Positions 61,359-64,000 of a DNA stretch of 64,000 nucleotides are shown here, piece by piece (the first letter of the stretch is position 1; each line of letters begins with the position of its first letter). The notes beneath the pieces were generated by a model. The model was not told the DNA's origin. It did no database searches and was given only the letters and a program-made list of their open reading frames with translations. Source of the stretch: an uncultured Solirubrobacterales bacterium (GTDB lineage Bacteria > Actinomycetota > Thermoleophilia > Solirubrobacterales > Solirubrobacteraceae). The position numbers were made by a program, and so were the translations under genes. Location: the NCBI GenBank assembly GCA_963754055.1, contig CAVWFJ010000018.1, forward strand, positions 210,665 through 274,664, given 5' to 3'.

Positions 61359-62401
61359 TCAGGCAGCCAGACGAAAAGCGGCGCCTGCCGGAGCGAAGGG
61401 TTGATTACGAGTGAGCATGTACCAGATCGCGGTCGCGAGCTGGCGGGAAAGATCGATCTGCGCCACCTTCGCGCCGCGCTGGCGGCCGTGGCGACGCTTG
61501 AGCCGCTGGTAGCGCTCCTTGTAGAGCGGATGGCTGCAGGCATGGACGGCGGCCTCCATCAGCCCCCAGCGCAGATACCGCGGGCCGCGCTTGGACACCG
61601 GACCACGCAGATCGACATCGGCGGACTGACTGACGCGGGGACACAGACCGGTGTACCCGACGAACTTGGTTGGCGTGGAGAAACGGGCGATGTCACCGAG
61701 CTCGCGCGCGACCGTGAAGCTACGTGATCCACCCGAACCCGGGAGCGCTCATCAGGATCGGGACGTAGCGATGATCGGCGCCCGAGCGCTGCAGCTCGTG
61801 CTCGATCTGCGAGATCCGCAGCTCGAGCTCGTCGATCAGCTCCACGCTGGCATCGACGTGGTCGCGCCACGGCTCGGGGATGTCGAGCTCTCGGAGCAGT
61901 CGGCGGCCGCCGTGGCCGAACAGGTCAGCCATCGCGACCTGGTAGCCGAACACAGGTCAGCGTCGAGTGAACCCGGTTCTTCAGCCTCGAGCGATGCTTG
62001 ACCCGGTGCAGCCGCCAGGGCGAGCGCTCACGCTCCTTACGCAGCTCCGGGGTGGGGAGCCAGATCGCTGGCACCAGGTCATAGAACGACAGCGTGGACA
62101 GCACCCGCGCATCGATCTTGTCCGTCTTGCACGCCAACGGCGCGAGCCCCTTGACCCGCTGCGCGTCGGCCACCAGCACATCCCAGCCGTGCGCGACGAG
62201 CTCGTCGTGCACGAACCGGACGCCATTCATCGACTCGATCACGCCCCTCACCGGCTGGTCATAGACCGCCACGCGGCGCGCGAGCCCATGCAAACCGTCG
62301 CGATCCGCCGGCACCGGGAACTGATCGATCAGCTCCCCCTGGTCGGAGATCAGACAAACATCAACCCGCTTACGACTCAGATCAAGACAAACATGCAACA
62401 C
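61359..62401 (-). pseudogene. IS110-family transposase, multiply frameshifted
   Basis: LDLSRK, IESM, KTDKIDA (DEDD RuvC-like); LMSAPGFGWIT; KRGPRYLRWGLMEAA, in four frames. Confidence 0.85.
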
Positions 62402-62809
62402 GAACCTTTCTCCTTTCCCGGCGCTACGCGGGCAGGATCAGCCCAGCGCACCGCGTACCGTGTGCTCAAGGGTCGGTTCTCTGATTCGGATGGCCGGCCG
62501 CGCGGCCGGTATCCGCGCGCGCCTCAACCCATGCCGTTCGAGACGGAGGACCGACCTCCTGCCCGCGGCTACCGCCACCTCGAGGAGGCCCGCCCGCCTT
62601 CATCGCTATTCCGAACCGGCAGCGAGGTGCGTGTCGAGGCTCGTGCTCGCAATCCATGGCAAAGCATCAGCGTTGGCCCGCCGGCGGCTGGCGCGCCTCC
62701 TTGGGCGATAGGAGCAGCGCCGGTTTGGTCGCGTTGTCGGTCTTCGGCGGCGCGTTGGGAGCGAGATCGGCTCCCGGCGCCGGCTACTGCTTTGACGGAA
62801 GCGTTAGCC

Positions 62810-63050
62810 ACGGATCTGCAAGCACCTGATGCGCGTTTGTGGCGATCAGCGGGTTCGGCAGCGGCCGGTTACCGTCAACGACCTGACCAAAGCCGGCTAT
62901 GTGGTTGAGCGAAAGGACGGCCGTCGCAATCGCTACCGCATCCAGAACCACTTGCCGCTGCCAGCGCCAATCGGTCGAGAGCCGACGATCGGCGAGCTGT
63001 TGGGAGTGCTGGTCGACACCAGCGCGACCGGATCCGGCGGGCCGGGATGA
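62810..63050 (+). pseudogene. Winged-helix regulator remnant
   Basis: PDARL...VNDLTKAGYVVERKDGRRNRYRI; N-terminus disrupted. Confidence 0.55.
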
Positions 63051-63590
63051 CCGCCGTAACCGTCCTGTTCGTTGTCCTAGCGGTTGCCCTGACCGTGCCC
63101 GTGTACGCGTTCGCCGCTTGCTCGGTCTTCGCCTGTCGCCGATGCGCGCGACGATTGGCGGCCTATCGTCGCGTTGGCGTGCGCGTCGCCGATCATCACG
63201 GCGATCGGCAGCTCGATCGTCAAGCACAACGGCAGCTGGTCGTTCCTACCCGCCGTGTGGTTCGTGACCCTCGGAATCGCGATCGCGCTACTGATCGCGA
63301 TGCTGGTGCTGGTCATCTTCGAGGCGATGGTGGCGAGCGGCACGATGCCCGGGCCGCTCTATTTGATCCGAGGGCTGCACAAGCGAGCCAGGCGGGTCCG
63401 GCGCTACTCCCAGATCGGCCGGATCCTGCTCCGCCGAGGAATGCTCCCCTACCTGCGCGGCACCCGCCGCACCGAGCTCCAGACCCACGACGGCCGCGAG
63501 CAGCTCGCGGGGTCGCTGCGCCTCGCGCTTGAGGACGGCTCGGTCACGTTCATCAAGCTCGGACAGCTCCTCGCCACGCGGCGTGACTCG
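63047..63590 (+). pseudogene. ABC1/UbiB-family kinase, frameshifted and truncated
   Basis: N-terminal TM segments, then RRYSQI...LRLALEDGSVTFIKLGQLLATRRD, then loss of similarity. Confidence 0.7.
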
Positions 63591-63843
63591 CAGCTCAATC
63601 CAGGCAAGTCGCAGGGGCGGCCGAACGAAAAGCACGGGCTCGAAGCCCATCGATCAAAACGGCCTACCCGTCTGCGTTCTCCCAAGAAGCCCCTGTCCCA
63701 GATGGACCGGAACCTAAGGTCCGAGCCGGACAGAGCCTCCAAGAAGCAGTTTCATGCCTCGAGATGCGGGGTGCGAGTGTCGAGACGAATAACCCGCGCT
63801 TTACCGGCGCCGTGGGCGTGCTAGCGGATCGAGGGGAGATGCG

Positions 63844-64000
63844 ATGATCGTTGTCGTTGGACGGGTTCAGGCCGATGCGGATAAGCGCGACGCGCTTGTC
63901 AGGATTGGACACGCGGTCGCGGCAGCGTCGCGCGAGGAGACAGGGTGCATCAGCTACCGCCTGTATGAGGACACCGAGGTAGAGAACGAGTTCGTGTTCG
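63844..64000 (+). CDS. Antibiotic biosynthesis monooxygenase / quinol monooxygenase family protein (runs off window)
   Basis: MIVVVGRV...ASREETGCISYRLYED...FVF; GAGGGGAG RBS. Confidence 0.75.
   Translation, partial: MIVVVGRVQADADKRDALVRIGHAVAAASREETGCISYRLYEDTEVENEFVF

Overview
High-GC bacterial DNA; gene content suggests an actinobacterium, possibly Thermoleophilia/Solirubrobacterales-like (inference). The window has four parts. (1) 1-16.3 kb: a nitrogen-heterocycle/amine catabolic cluster with a cytosine-deaminase-like amidohydrolase, NCS1 permease, hydantoinase A/B, two M20 carbamoylases, class III aminotransferase, agmatinase, dihydropyrimidinase and two luciferase-like oxidoreductases. 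(2) 16.5-43.5 kb: an accessory signalling region, the main candidate for an undescribed system. It holds two tandem, easily missed double-glycine precursor peptides (30694-30846, 30971-31141) and a C39-peptidase ABC exporter with two N-terminal cyclic-nucleotide-binding domains coupled to a PpiC-like foldase. Around them are two STAND-type class III nucleotide cyclases (one fused to a receiver domain), a MASE1-PAS histidine kinase, two stand-alone receivers closely related to the fused one, a SABATH-type carboxyl methyltransferase and a secreted Kelch propeller. (3) 43.6-49.9 kb: core-like genes (MarR, acyl-CoA mutase, tRNA-Val, CIRCE-groES-groEL) plus an orphan tRNA-Ile 3' half. (4) 50-64 kb: a decaying accessory region with two IS110 remnants, an inverted duplicated module, desaturase and cyclopropane synthase genes, an extra sigma70 factor and several pseudogenes. 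All calls come from reading motifs by eye; no database searches were run.
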